Assembly (NCBI GenBank): GCA_963669175.1
Contig: OY769902.1
Span: 1,760,001-1,824,000 of the forward strand
Direction: 5' to 3'
Source: a bacterium
GTDB taxonomy: Bacteria > Electryoneota > Electryoneia > Electryoneales > Electryoneaceae
Length of the DNA stretch: 64,000 nucleotides
Shown here piece by piece: positions 1 to 9,299 of the stretch. Made by a program: the position numbers and the translations under genes. A model generated the notes under the pieces. The model had not been told where the DNA came from. It was given only the letters and a program-made list of their open reading frames with translations, and did not search any database. Every line of letters starts with the position of its first letter. Positions within the stretch are counted from its first letter, which is position 1.

Positions 1-1
1 T

Positions 2-81
2 TAGACCTGACGAAACTGGCATGGAGTAGACCTGACGAAACTGGCGCTGCATTAGACCTGACGAAACTGGCATGGAGTAGA
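2..81. repeat. Tandem array of 19-bp TAGACCTGACGAAACTGGC units with alternating 6/7-bp linkers (may continue upstream of the window)
   Basis: Exact copies at 2-20, 27-45 and 53-71; linkers ATGGAG, GCTGCAT, ATGGAG; degenerate fourth start at 78. Confidence 0.9.
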
Positions 82-187
82 ATCTGACCTAGCTTGTTGT
101 GTCGGGTCTTGAGACGCGAAGCGGATTGTGACCCGACACCGCGCGATTGGGTTATTGACGAGTCAATTCAAAAGATTCTCCGGGGTG

Positions 188-862
188 ATGATGAGAAAGC
201 TACTGGCAGGATTGCTGTTTCTTGTTGTGTATGTATCGTCCACGCTGGCTCAACCCTATGCCAAAGGAAACTGGCTGGTTGGCCCGGCGATTGGCGATAT
301 CGCGTTGGGGGGATTTGAATCCCAGATTGATTCAGCGACAACCACAACAACCCTGCTGACCGGCGTACTCGGTGTCAAACTGCAATGCCACAGCGGGCTG
401 TTTGTCGCAAAGAAACTGAACATCGGCCTGCTGCTGGATTACAATACCTACGCGGAAGAATCACAGCCTGACCCCGATCCCACCAACATGGAAATCACGG
501 ATGGGTGGGGAGAAATCCTGATTGGATTGTACGCGCGATACTACATGCCAATTGCGGAACGGTGGGCAGTGTACCCGGAAATCGCCATCGGTTGGGGGGG
601 GTACCAGAGCCTATCACTGGTGAACAGCACAGCCATGGCGGAACAGAAAACAGAGGTAATCGCACGTGGTTTCGCAGCGAATGTGACTATCGGAGCCGGG
701 TATTTCTTCAGCGAGCAGGTCTCTCTCGATTTTTCCATCAACTATGGGCTGGGGCAGTTAACCGGTGAACGGAATGTTTCAGGCAGCAATCAACAGGATA
801 TTACCATCACCCTGGCGGATGTGGATTTCCTGATCGGGGCGACCCTGTTCTTCGGCGATTGA
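188..862 (+). CDS. Outer-membrane beta-barrel protein (OmpA/OMP_b-brl-like)
   Basis: Signal peptide MMRKLLAGLLFLVVYVSSTLA-Q; amphipathic strands (YARYYMPIAERWAVYPE, IGAGYFF); start moved to ATG 188. Confidence 0.7.
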   Translation: MMRKLLAGLLFLVVYVSSTLAQPYAKGNWLVGPAIGDIALGGFESQIDSATTTTTLLTGVLGVKLQCHSGLFVAKKLNIGLLLDYNTYAEESQPDPDPTNMEITDGWGEILIGLYARYYMPIAERWAVYPEIAIGWGGYQSLSLVNSTAMAEQKTEVIARGFAANVTIGAGYFFSEQVSLDFSINYGLGQLTGERNVSGSNQQDITITLADVDFLIGATLFFGD

Positions 863-865
863 GAA

Positions 866-1645
866 TCAGGGGTATTTTGCCAGGATAATCTCGGTATTGT
901 AGAGAGTAGCTGCACCAGTTGACTCCGAATCATCCAGCATCCATGAATACAGGTGCAAAGTAGTGCCGTCTTCGCTGATCGTGTACGTCATCGGGTTCAT
1001 ATACCAGCGGGTGTGATCTTCAATTTCGCTTCCATACCAGATCATCCAGCCGCCCCTGGTCATGAATTTAAAAGGCAGACCACTGACACACTCAATAGCC
1101 AACTCAAGCTCAGCATCGGTTGTGTTAAAATTGTATAATCCCTCGTTCATTTCATACCATGTACTGTCTCCCATCGTGGCATCAACAACTTCCCAGTACC
1201 CGGCGAGCCTGGCATCTGTATTTTCCGTGCGCTTCAGGTACGTTTCCATCACGTCCTGACCATTCTTCGTCCATCGCAGGTTCAGCATACCCGACTCAGA
1301 GATTTCGTACCGACCGTTGATGACCTGGTCATACGTAATCCAATTGTACAGGGCATAGTAGGGATCCGTTGTTTCCCATAAAAACGGCGTATATTCAATC
1401 GAGCCGCCTCCCAGGTTCATGGGTTGCCATATTCCGCGATCCAGACGTTCAACTCCTTCCCAGCCATAATAGCGCTGGTAGACCAGGGAAGGATTGAACA
1501 GGCCGTCAATGGTCCGGTGAATCAGGAACCACTCGCCCATGAAAGGATGAACTTCCTCCGGCTCATCCTCCTCCAATTCCCAGTCACAACCGTAAAACAG
1601 GAACAACGCCATGAAAATCACGATGAGATGTGCCTGGAAACGCAT
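866..1645 (-). CDS. Hypothetical lipoprotein, possibly two lipocalin-like repeats
   Basis: Lipobox FYG-C; two GxW motifs (FMGEWFL, LAGYWEV). Confidence 0.6.
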   Translation of the reverse strand: MRFQAHLIVIFMALFLFYGCDWELEEDEPEEVHPFMGEWFLIHRTIDGLFNPSLVYQRYYGWEGVERLDRGIWQPMNLGGGSIEYTPFLWETTDPYYALYNWITYDQVINGRYEISESGMLNLRWTKNGQDVMETYLKRTENTDARLAGYWEVVDATMGDSTWYEMNEGLYNFNTTDAELELAIECVSGLPFKFMTRGGWMIWYGSEIEDHTRWYMNPMTYTISEDGTTLHLYSWMLDDSESTGAATLYNTEIILAKYP

Positions 1646-1824
1646 TTTTTCTCCGTCATTCAATAGCATCCCTGAAAGTAGGCTACTGGTTGAATATTCG
1701 CAAGCAGTCAGCTTCGTTAAAGAATTATACGCTTGTGAACCGATTTGTTTGTCTTGATTGCACCGTCTCCCATTTATCAGCTATTTACACGGCAGAGCGA
1801 GTCAGCGAGTGTTATATTCCCGCC

Positions 1825-2916
1825 ATGAACCAGGAATTGTTAACACAGCGCATAGGTGCGATCCGGGAACGGCTGAGCGAAGTCGAAAAGACCATGGCTG
1901 ATCCGGAGGTCGCCTCAGATCCCAGGAAGCTGGGTGAATTGGGCAAGGAACACGCCCGCTTGGAACGCACGCTCAAGATCGCTGATGCCCTTGAGGAAGC
2001 ACGTGAGCAGCTCGATGCCTCACGTGAGCTTCTGGACGAAGAGGATGAAGAGATGGCCGAGCTGGCTCGTGCGGAGGTAGCCGAGCTGGAGACCCAGACC
2101 GCCAAGCTCGAAAGTGATCTTTACGTGGCCATCGTTCCGGCATCACCGGAGGATGACCGTAACGCCATCATCGAAATTCGCGCCGGGACCGGCGGTGAAG
2201 AGGCCGGACTGTTTGCCGGGGACTTGTACCGTATGTACCAGCGTTTCGCAGAACGGCAGAACTGGTCACTGGAAGTGGTGTCCATGCATGCCAGCGAAAT
2301 GGGCGGCTTCAAGGAAGTCATCTTCACCGTCAAGGGTGATGAAGTTTACGGTATCCTGAAGTTTGAGGGCGGAGTTCACCGGGTGCAGCGAGTGCCGGAA
2401 ACAGAATCGCAGGGCCGGATTCATACATCCGCTGCTACTGTTGCCGTGCTGCCGGAAGCGGAAGAAGTGGATGTTGCCATTGATCCAAAGGATCTCCGCA
2501 TAGATGTCTATCGTTCTTCCGGGCCGGGTGGGCAGTCGGTTAATACGACTGACTCCGCGGTACGTATTACACACGTGCCAACCGGCTTGGTGGTAACCTG
2601 CCAGGATGAGAAGAGCCAGCACAAGAACAAGGCGCAGGCCATGCGTGTGTTGCGTTCACGTCTGTACGAGATCGCCCTGGAAGAGGAACGTGCCAAGCGT
2701 TCCGCCAGCCGGAAGCAACTGGTTTCCACCGGGGATCGTTCGGCAAAGATCCGGACTTATAATTTCCCGCAGGGACGTGTGACCGATCATCGTATCAACC
2801 TGACCCTGTACCGGTTGAACGAGATCCTCGAAGGTGACTTGTACGATGTGCTGGACGCCCTGAGACTGGCAGACGCGGAAGACCGGCTGAAGGAAGCTAC
2901 ACAACAACCGGCGTAA
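1825..2916 (+). CDS. prfA: Peptide chain release factor 1
   Basis: GGQ motif, [37 protein letters not shown]; followed by prmC. Confidence 0.97.
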   Translation: MNQELLTQRIGAIRERLSEVEKTMADPEVASDPRKLGELGKEHARLERTLKIADALEEAREQLDASRELLDEEDEEMAELARAEVAELETQTAKLESDLYVAIVPASPEDDRNAIIEIRAGTGGEEAGLFAGDLYRMYQRFAERQNWSLEVVSMHASEMGGFKEVIFTVKGDEVYGILKFEGGVHRVQRVPETESQGRIHTSAATVAVLPEAEEVDVAIDPKDLRIDVYRSSGPGGQSVNTTDSAVRITHVPTGLVVTCQDEKSQHKNKAQAMRVLRSRLYEIALEEERAKRSASRKQLVSTGDRSAKIRTYNFPQGRVTDHRINLTLYRLNEILEGDLYDVLDALRLADAEDRLKEATQQPA

Positions 2917-3025
2917 GACGATGATGATACCATGCTGAAAGGTCGCAACCTGATCCTTGCGGGTGATGGGGGATCGTTCAGCATTTTGTATTTTGTATGT
3001 GAAGACTGAGTATATGTTCTTCATA

Positions 3026-3134
3026 TGTCATCCCCGACTTGATCGGGAGAACTCCTTCCGTTAGTCAAGGGAGTAGATTTACGGTTGTACTTCGTAAACC
3101 GCAAGCTTACGGTTCCCGCCTTCGCGGGAATGAC
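3026..3134. repeat. Inverted pair of REP-like palindromes (GTCATCCCC.../...GGGAATGAC family); right arm interrupted by a 35-bp insert
   Basis: Left arm TGTCATCCCCGACTTGATCGGGAGA 3026-3050; right arm AGATT(3075-79)+CCCGCCTTCGCGGGAATGAC(3115-3134). Confidence 0.75.
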
Positions 3135-3179
3135 GCAACGGAATACGCCAACATTGGGATTTTGACTTTGTCACCCGCG

Positions 3180-4046
3180 ATGAAAGACACAGTGCTTGAC
3201 CTTCTGCAGAAGGGCACGGACTACCTGGAAAGGAACCGGGTGGAAAATGCTCGTTTGGAAGCGGAGCGTCTGATTGCTGCGGCCCTGAACATGACCCGTG
3301 TTGAGCTCTACCTGAAATTCGACCGTCCTTGCACGGCTCCCGAGAAAGAGTTGTTACGTGATCAACTGGCGCGTCGTGCGAAAGGGGAACCTCTCCAGTA
3401 CATCCTTGGCTATGCGGATTTTTTCAACAGCCGTTTGAAAGTGCGTCCCGGAGTGCTGATTCCACGACCGGAGACCGAGCTGATCATTGAGCTGGCGCGT
3501 CAGCATATGCCGGAAGGCGGTTTCGTCAATGGCATGGACATCGGCTGCGGCAGCGGGGCACTGGCGCTAACCCTGCTGAAAGAGAACATCGTAAAAAGGA
3601 TGGTGGCTGTTGATATCTCGCCGGATGCTATCGCGGTCACCCGTGAAAATGCGGAAGCGATGGAACTGGGTAAAGACCGGTTGCGGGTAGTGCAGGCGAA
3701 TGCGTTCAACGGTTCCCTGAAAGCCTATGAAGCGGATGGCGGAGCTGACCTGATCGTTTCCAATCCACCGTACATCCGTGACGATGAATGGTCCTCGCTG
3801 CAACGGGAAATTACGGAATACGAACCCCGCATTGCCCTCCTGTCAGGTTCTGACGGTCTGGATGCGCACCGTGCGCTAGCGGCTGCATTGCCGGGCTGGT
3901 TGAAGGAGGGTGGATTTTTCCTCGGTGAGATTGGCGAATCACAAGGAGATGACGCCAGCAGGCTGCACCGTGCCTGGTCGGCAAAAGTTGAGTTGGCGCA
4001 GGATCTTACCGGACGAGACCGGGTGGTTATTGCCATGAAGATGTGA
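3180..4046 (+). CDS. prmC: Release factor glutamine methyltransferase
   Basis: GEPLQYILG, LIPRPETE, DIGCGSG and SNPPY motifs. Confidence 0.95.
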   Translation: MKDTVLDLLQKGTDYLERNRVENARLEAERLIAAALNMTRVELYLKFDRPCTAPEKELLRDQLARRAKGEPLQYILGYADFFNSRLKVRPGVLIPRPETELIIELARQHMPEGGFVNGMDIGCGSGALALTLLKENIVKRMVAVDISPDAIAVTRENAEAMELGKDRLRVVQANAFNGSLKAYEADGGADLIVSNPPYIRDDEWSSLQREITEYEPRIALLSGSDGLDAHRALAAALPGWLKEGGFFLGEIGESQGDDASRLHRAWSAKVELAQDLTGRDRVVIAMKM

Positions 4047-4226
4047 AACCACACTGTAAATTACTGTCACAGATTTTATGCACGCCTTTTTACAAGCTGA
4101 TAATCTTAATCTGCTGATAAATAGGATATTATATTCCTAAAGAATACCATTAACCTCCCTCAACCTTTCAGGCATACCAATTGCAAAACGGCAGTTGGGG
4201 GCCGAAAAACTTTGGGGGATATTTCC

Positions 4227-4808
4227 ATGAAGGTCATCAGTTTCAGTTCTATCAGTATGCTTTTCTTGTTGGTTCTGGCGCAAACCTCACTGGCAGAATT
4301 GCCGACTACTTCAACAGACACACGACGAAACGCCATCGGAGTCCAGGGGCTTGGCTTGATAATGGGCAATGCCACCGTGGATTACGAGCATGTATTCGGC
4401 AGCAGACACGGGCTGTTTCTCGAGGGCGGGATGGACTTTAATGGCGGGCACAACATGGGTGTCGCCTATCGTATTCATTCGACGAAGGATAAAAACAGAC
4501 CTGCGATCCAAACCTCTTTCTGGGGACCGTTTATACGGTTTAGCAAATCGTCCATGGAATTCGAGGACAGCGATACGAAAAAGAACTACGATATCGACAT
4601 GCAGATGCTGAATATCGGGTTGGTCTACGGCAGAAACTACAGTTGGGGAAAATGTATCAACTTCGGCTGGCGCCTGGGATATGGCCTCCCGGTATACACC
4701 AGCTACAAATGGAGCCCGGACAATTACAAGGACGCCAATACGGTGAACAATATCATCTCGGTTGTCAGTGGGATAGAAGGTGGCATTTCAATCGGGTTTG
4801 TGTTCTGA
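4227..4808 (+). CDS. Hypothetical outer-membrane beta-barrel protein
   Basis: Signal peptide; C-terminal GISIGFVF beta-signal ending in Phe. Confidence 0.6.
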   Translation: MKVISFSSISMLFLLVLAQTSLAELPTTSTDTRRNAIGVQGLGLIMGNATVDYEHVFGSRHGLFLEGGMDFNGGHNMGVAYRIHSTKDKNRPAIQTSFWGPFIRFSKSSMEFEDSDTKKNYDIDMQMLNIGLVYGRNYSWGKCINFGWRLGYGLPVYTSYKWSPDNYKDANTVNNIISVVSGIEGGISIGFVF

Positions 4809-4822
4809 ACCGAATCGTTTGT

Positions 4823-5989
4823 TTAATCCACGACATAGCGCGGTATTCGTGACGGTAGACGGACGAGAACTTCATAGTTCATGCCTTCACTCATTTCACT
4901 GAAGGAGGCAACTGTAATCTCGGCTTTTTTCTGCTTGCCGATCAGGACCACCTCGTCGCCACGTTTTACGCCCGGAATATTGGTCACATCGATCATCACC
5001 ATGTTCATGTTGACCAGTCCGACAACCCCGGCACGACGACCCTGGATCAGCACACGTCCACGATTGCTGAGCAGGCGGGCAAAACCGGATGCGTAGCCAA
5101 TCGGGACACTGGCAATTCGTGATTTTCGGCCTGTCTGAAATATGGTGCCATAGCCGACAAATTCACCCGGTTTGACCTCCTGTACATGCATAACACGGCT
5201 TTTCCAGGAGATGATGCGCCGCAAAGGATCACGGTGTTTCTTCATCTCTGCGTTGCCGTTACGAAGCATGTACTGCATCCGTGTTTCCTGGGTCGGCCAA
5301 TAGCCATACTGGGCGATACCGAAACGGACCATATCCATGATGGTATCGGGATAATTCAGGGCAGCGGCCGAGCAGGCGGTGTGACGAAACCTGGGTTTGA
5401 GGCCGGACTTAAAGACTTTATTGCCCATTTGAGTGAAATCAACAATCTGGTTGGTAACTCGCAGATAATTGCTGATCGATTCCGCGCCGGCATAATGAGT
5501 ACATATTCCTTCCAGGATAAAGGCGTCCGGGTTTGCCTGTATTATTCCAACAGCCTGTTTCAGTGCATCCTCATACAGTCCCATCCGGTGCAAGCCTGTT
5601 TCCAGCTCGAGATGGATGTGGGCTTTGAGATTGAGTTTCTTTGCCGTTGCCAGGGCGGCTTTTAATCGATCCAAACCGAAAATATAAAAGGAGATATCAT
5701 TTCGAATGGCCCATTCCAGCTCATCATCCGGGATGGCGCCCATGATCATGATGTGGCTGTTCTTAACACTGGAAGCGTACGCTCGTCTCGCTTCATCCAG
5801 GCTGAAAACAGCAAATCGACGAATCCCGCAAGCTTCGGCAAGCGGAACAAACAATTCGATCCCGTGACCATATGCATTTCCCTTGATCACAGAACAGTAT
5901 TCCACGTCTTTGCCGATGTAAGAACGTAAAAAGCCGATGTTTTTCTTCAGGGCACTTTTGCTTAACTCAATCCAGGTTATATCCGACAA
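4823..5989 (-). CDS. alr: Alanine racemase
   Basis: VIKGNAYGHG (PLP Lys), ETGLHRMG, THYA, VGYG, IGYASG, VGLVNMNM, NYEVL; TTG start. Confidence 0.9.
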   Translation of the reverse strand: MSDITWIELSKSALKKNIGFLRSYIGKDVEYCSVIKGNAYGHGIELFVPLAEACGIRRFAVFSLDEARRAYASSVKNSHIMIMGAIPDDELEWAIRNDISFYIFGLDRLKAALATAKKLNLKAHIHLELETGLHRMGLYEDALKQAVGIIQANPDAFILEGICTHYAGAESISNYLRVTNQIVDFTQMGNKVFKSGLKPRFRHTACSAAALNYPDTIMDMVRFGIAQYGYWPTQETRMQYMLRNGNAEMKKHRDPLRRIISWKSRVMHVQEVKPGEFVGYGTIFQTGRKSRIASVPIGYASGFARLLSNRGRVLIQGRRAGVVGLVNMNMVMIDVTNIPGVKRGDEVVLIGKQKKAEITVASFSEMSEGMNYEVLVRLPSRIPRYVVD

Positions 5990-6041
5990 AACTCTTACTC
6001 CAGTTTATCCCCAATTCTCTTAACAATACACACCAGATACT

Positions 6042-7178
6042 TCAAATAATTTTCGCCTGGCGCAGAATTTCCAGCCACATATCAACCCCATACTGGATCA
6101 ACTCATCAGGGAAATCGTAGGTTGGATGATGCAATGCCGGTTGATCTTTACCTGCTCCAAGCCCGAACAACGCACCCGGATAAGCGTGGGTGAAGTGTCC
6201 GAAATCTTCCGACCAGGGGAAGGGGACTGGCGGTTCGATTACATCCAGGTCGAGTGATCTTGCGGCATTTTTAACAAGCGAAGCTGCATGGATATCATTG
6301 AATGTCTCTGGAAACTCCTCAGTCCAATTTATTTCAACCTCAAGCTCATGCATGTGTGCAATGGAATGAGCCAGTCTTTCCGCATGTTTTCCCGTTTTTG
6401 CCAGGACATTGCCATCATGTGCACGAAGGGTGGCCATGACTTGCGCCTTGCCCGGTGAGGTTCCAAACGCTATTTCACCAAGCTTGGCGTAAATGACTGT
6501 TACTTTTACCGCCTCATGCAGGGCAACAGTGGTTTGAGGAAGCGCGCTGAGGCCATGAATCAATTCAGCAACCGCCAACGCCGGGCTTTTTCCCTGTTCC
6601 GGTTGTGCGGCATGAGACGTGGCGCCTGTCAGGTCGATAATCACCCCCTTGGACGCGCAGGCGAAGGTGCCGTCCCGGACGATGACTGATCCCTTTTCAA
6701 AACCGGGAAGGTTATGCAGGGCGAAGACCATATCCGGAGTGAATTGGGCGAATACAGGATCAGCGAGCACCTGTGCCGCGCCCTGTCCGTTTTCCTCGGC
6801 CGGTTGGAACAGGAGGATGACTTTGCCATGTTTGACCGGGTTGTTCTTCAGGTGTTCAGCAATACCGGCGAGGATGGCCATGTGACCATCATGCCCGCAT
6901 TTATGCGCAACGCCCTCGGTTATGGATGTATAGTCGAGGTCAGGCGTGTCCTGTATCGGAAGCGCATCAAGATCTGAACGAATCAGGATTTCCTGTCCTT
7001 CCTGACCGCTGTCGTATACAGCCGCGATACCATGCCCGCCAAGATGGTTGACGATGGTTGTACATCCTGTACCTTTCAGGTATTCAGAAATCGTTGCAGC
7101 GGTTTTTTCTTCCTGTCCGGACAATTCTGCAATCCGGTGCAGGGTGTGACGAAGTTGGATCAGCCTGCTACACATCAT
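6042..7178 (-). CDS. M20D-family amidohydrolase (N-acyl amino acid hydrolase-like)
   Basis: RSDLDALPI, HKCGHDGH, FQPAEE, SEDF, LHHPTYDF. Confidence 0.9.
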   Translation of the reverse strand: MMCSRLIQLRHTLHRIAELSGQEEKTAATISEYLKGTGCTTIVNHLGGHGIAAVYDSGQEGQEILIRSDLDALPIQDTPDLDYTSITEGVAHKCGHDGHMAILAGIAEHLKNNPVKHGKVILLFQPAEENGQGAAQVLADPVFAQFTPDMVFALHNLPGFEKGSVIVRDGTFACASKGVIIDLTGATSHAAQPEQGKSPALAVAELIHGLSALPQTTVALHEAVKVTVIYAKLGEIAFGTSPGKAQVMATLRAHDGNVLAKTGKHAERLAHSIAHMHELEVEINWTEEFPETFNDIHAASLVKNAARSLDLDVIEPPVPFPWSEDFGHFTHAYPGALFGLGAGKDQPALHHPTYDFPDELIQYGVDMWLEILRQAKII

Positions 7179-7386
7179 CTATCCCTGGTCTGTGTTTTTG
7201 AAATCCGCCATCTTGCCGATGAGTACTGGTTTAGCGCATTTTTTCAATAATTGCAAAACATCAAGATTTTGTTATAAAATAATAAATAGGCGGCAGGAAA
7301 TAAACTGACAGAAACTGAATATATAATCAAAAAAATACAAAAATTACTGAAACATTTTCAGGAGATTATAAAATAAAAAAAATCAC

Positions 7387-7415
7387 TTGCGAAATGTAAT
7401 CAGGTTCTCTATTTT
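7387..7415 (+). promoter_or_regulatory. Putative sigma70 promoter for the GNAT-racemase-SSS operon
   Basis: TTGCGA-N17-TATTTT preceded by an A-rich UP-like tract; implies TSS near 7421. Confidence 0.45.
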
Positions 7416-7420
7416 TATAT

Positions 7421-7523
7421 GTCGAACGGGGAGCGGGTCCAGCGGAGACTGGAGTCCGACTCTTACCAGTCAGGCGCTGAGTTTCCATTGTTTTCACTCC
7501 ATGTCTGTGCTGGATGTTCGACG
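7421..7523 (+). promoter_or_regulatory. Candidate structured 5' leader RNA (three-way junction)
   Basis: P1 GUCGAAC 7421-27/GUUCGAC 7516-22; P2 7429-7464; P3 7466-7513; no known riboswitch consensus recognised. Confidence 0.4.
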
Positions 7524-7659
7524 GGAACACCAAACACCACGCTTATTTTGGTCCCCATTCCTGTTGTGCATTTCTCCTCTCCGGATCGGATTCGCTCGTT
7601 ACTCCTTTGAAAAGCCATGCAAAAGCATAGGCGCATCATTCATTAACAAGGATTTTCAC

Positions 7660-8121
7660 ATGTCAACACCAGACAATGGTCTTGAGTTTACAACGGTAGA
7701 GCATCGTGAACAGTTACCGGAATGGGCAAGCTGGAACAAGATGGTCATGTACTTTCATGAAACCATGAAACCCTACGAAGATCCGCCTGATCAGGTGGAA
7801 GCAGCGTTACACTATGCCTTTACCCCCGGTGAGGGACAGGGCGGTTTTCTGGAACTGGTGCGTCTTGATGGCGAACTGGTCGGCGCCTGCCTGATGCTGC
7901 GCACCGGCATGAAAGGCTATATCCCGGAATGGATTCTGCTGATGGTCACAGTTGATCCGAGCACACGTGGCAAAGGGATCGGCGGTAAGCTCATTCGTAA
8001 ATGCCTTGACCAGGCGGACGGTAATGTCAAACTGCATGTGGAATACGACAATCCGGCCAAGAGGTTGTATGAACGCATCGGCTTCACATCCAAGTATGCT
8101 GATATGAGGTATACCAAATGA
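7660..8121 (+). CDS. GNAT-family N-acetyltransferase
   Basis: VDPSTRGKGIGGKL acetyl-CoA motif; NPAKRLYERIGF. Confidence 0.9.
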   Translation: MSTPDNGLEFTTVEHREQLPEWASWNKMVMYFHETMKPYEDPPDQVEAALHYAFTPGEGQGGFLELVRLDGELVGACLMLRTGMKGYIPEWILLMVTVDPSTRGKGIGGKLIRKCLDQADGNVKLHVEYDNPAKRLYERIGFTSKYADMRYTK

Positions 8122-9299
8122 ACCGGGTCACCATAAACCTGGAAGCATTACAGCATAATTTCAAGATCATCGACGGTTGGATGAAGAAGCACGGGTCTAC
8201 CTGGACCCTGGTGACCAAGGTTCTGTGTGGTCATCAAGATACGATCAAGGGGTTGGAAATGCTGGGTGTGCGTTCCATGGCGGACTCGCGCCTGGCAAAC
8301 CTGGAAACCATCAAGAAAACAGTACCGGATGTGGAAACCTGGTATCTTCGCATCCCTCATATGCCGGCGATTCCGGATATCGTACGCTTGGCGGATGTGT
8401 CCCTGGCTACGGAAGAAGAGACCATCTATGCCATGAACGAGGAGGCGAAGAAGCAGGATAAGATGCACAAAGTGATCGTCATGATTGAACTCGGCGATCT
8501 GCGTGAAGGTATCCTGCCCGGTAAGCTGGTTGAGTTCTACCAGAACATTTTTGAATTGTCCAATATCGAAGTGTGGGGAATTGGTGCGAACATAGGTTGC
8601 CTGTCCGGTACCGTACCCAATGTGGATCAGCTCACCCAGCTTATGCTCTACCGTGAACTGTTGGAATTGAAATTCCAACGCAAGCTTCCCATGATTTCTG
8701 CTGGAGCAAGTGTGGTGATGCCACTATTGCTGGATGGGAAAGTGCCCAGAGAGATCAACAATTTCAGGATTGGAGAAGCGTTGTACCTGGGCACTGACCT
8801 GATCAATGGCGGGGCGCTTCCGGGATTGCGTGATGATGCAGTCACGGTTGAAGCGGACATCGCCGAGATAAAGGAAAAGAGCCTGGTACCGTTGGGTGAA
8901 ACGACTTCTCTGGCTCCGTTTGAGACATTCAAGCAGGAAGACACTCATCCCGGTGAACGTGGAGTTCGTGCCGTGATCACCATGGGCCAACTGGACACCG
9001 AGATAGCAGGCCTTATGCCTATTCACCCGGATCACCAGGTGGTGGGAGCGTCCAGCGATCTGGCGGTTGTTTCAGTCAAGGAGCGGGAAGGGCTCAAGGT
9101 TGGCGATACCATACGCTTCCGTCCGACCTACGGCGCATTGGTGCGCTTGATGATCGGAAAATATGTCGCTAAACAGGTGATTCCTTCACTGGATAAATAC
9201 CAGGCTATTCTGGACAAAGGATACGACCTGGAATTACCCCCTGTTATGGAACAGGTTGATGAAATCGAGGAGGAGGACACGGCATCCGGGACAGACTGA
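8118..9299 (+). CDS. Alanine/ornithine racemase-family PLP-dependent enzyme
   Basis: VTKVLCG (PLP Lys), MADSRLANL, IELGDLREG, RIGEALYLG, GASSD; ATGA overlap with the GNAT gene. Confidence 0.85.
   Translation: MNRVTINLEALQHNFKIIDGWMKKHGSTWTLVTKVLCGHQDTIKGLEMLGVRSMADSRLANLETIKKTVPDVETWYLRIPHMPAIPDIVRLADVSLATEEETIYAMNEEAKKQDKMHKVIVMIELGDLREGILPGKLVEFYQNIFELSNIEVWGIGANIGCLSGTVPNVDQLTQLMLYRELLELKFQRKLPMISAGASVVMPLLLDGKVPREINNFRIGEALYLGTDLINGGALPGLRDDAVTVEADIAEIKEKSLVPLGETTSLAPFETFKQEDTHPGERGVRAVITMGQLDTEIAGLMPIHPDHQVVGASSDLAVVSVKEREGLKVGDTIRFRPTYGALVRLMIGKYVAKQVIPSLDKYQAILDKGYDLELPPVMEQVDEIEEEDTASGTD

Noticed and set aside
2-81. CRISPR array or hammerhead ribozyme (CTGACGA/GAAAC)
   Set aside because: Linkers are only 6-7 bp and repeat; CUGANGA and GAAA overlap, leaving no stem II.
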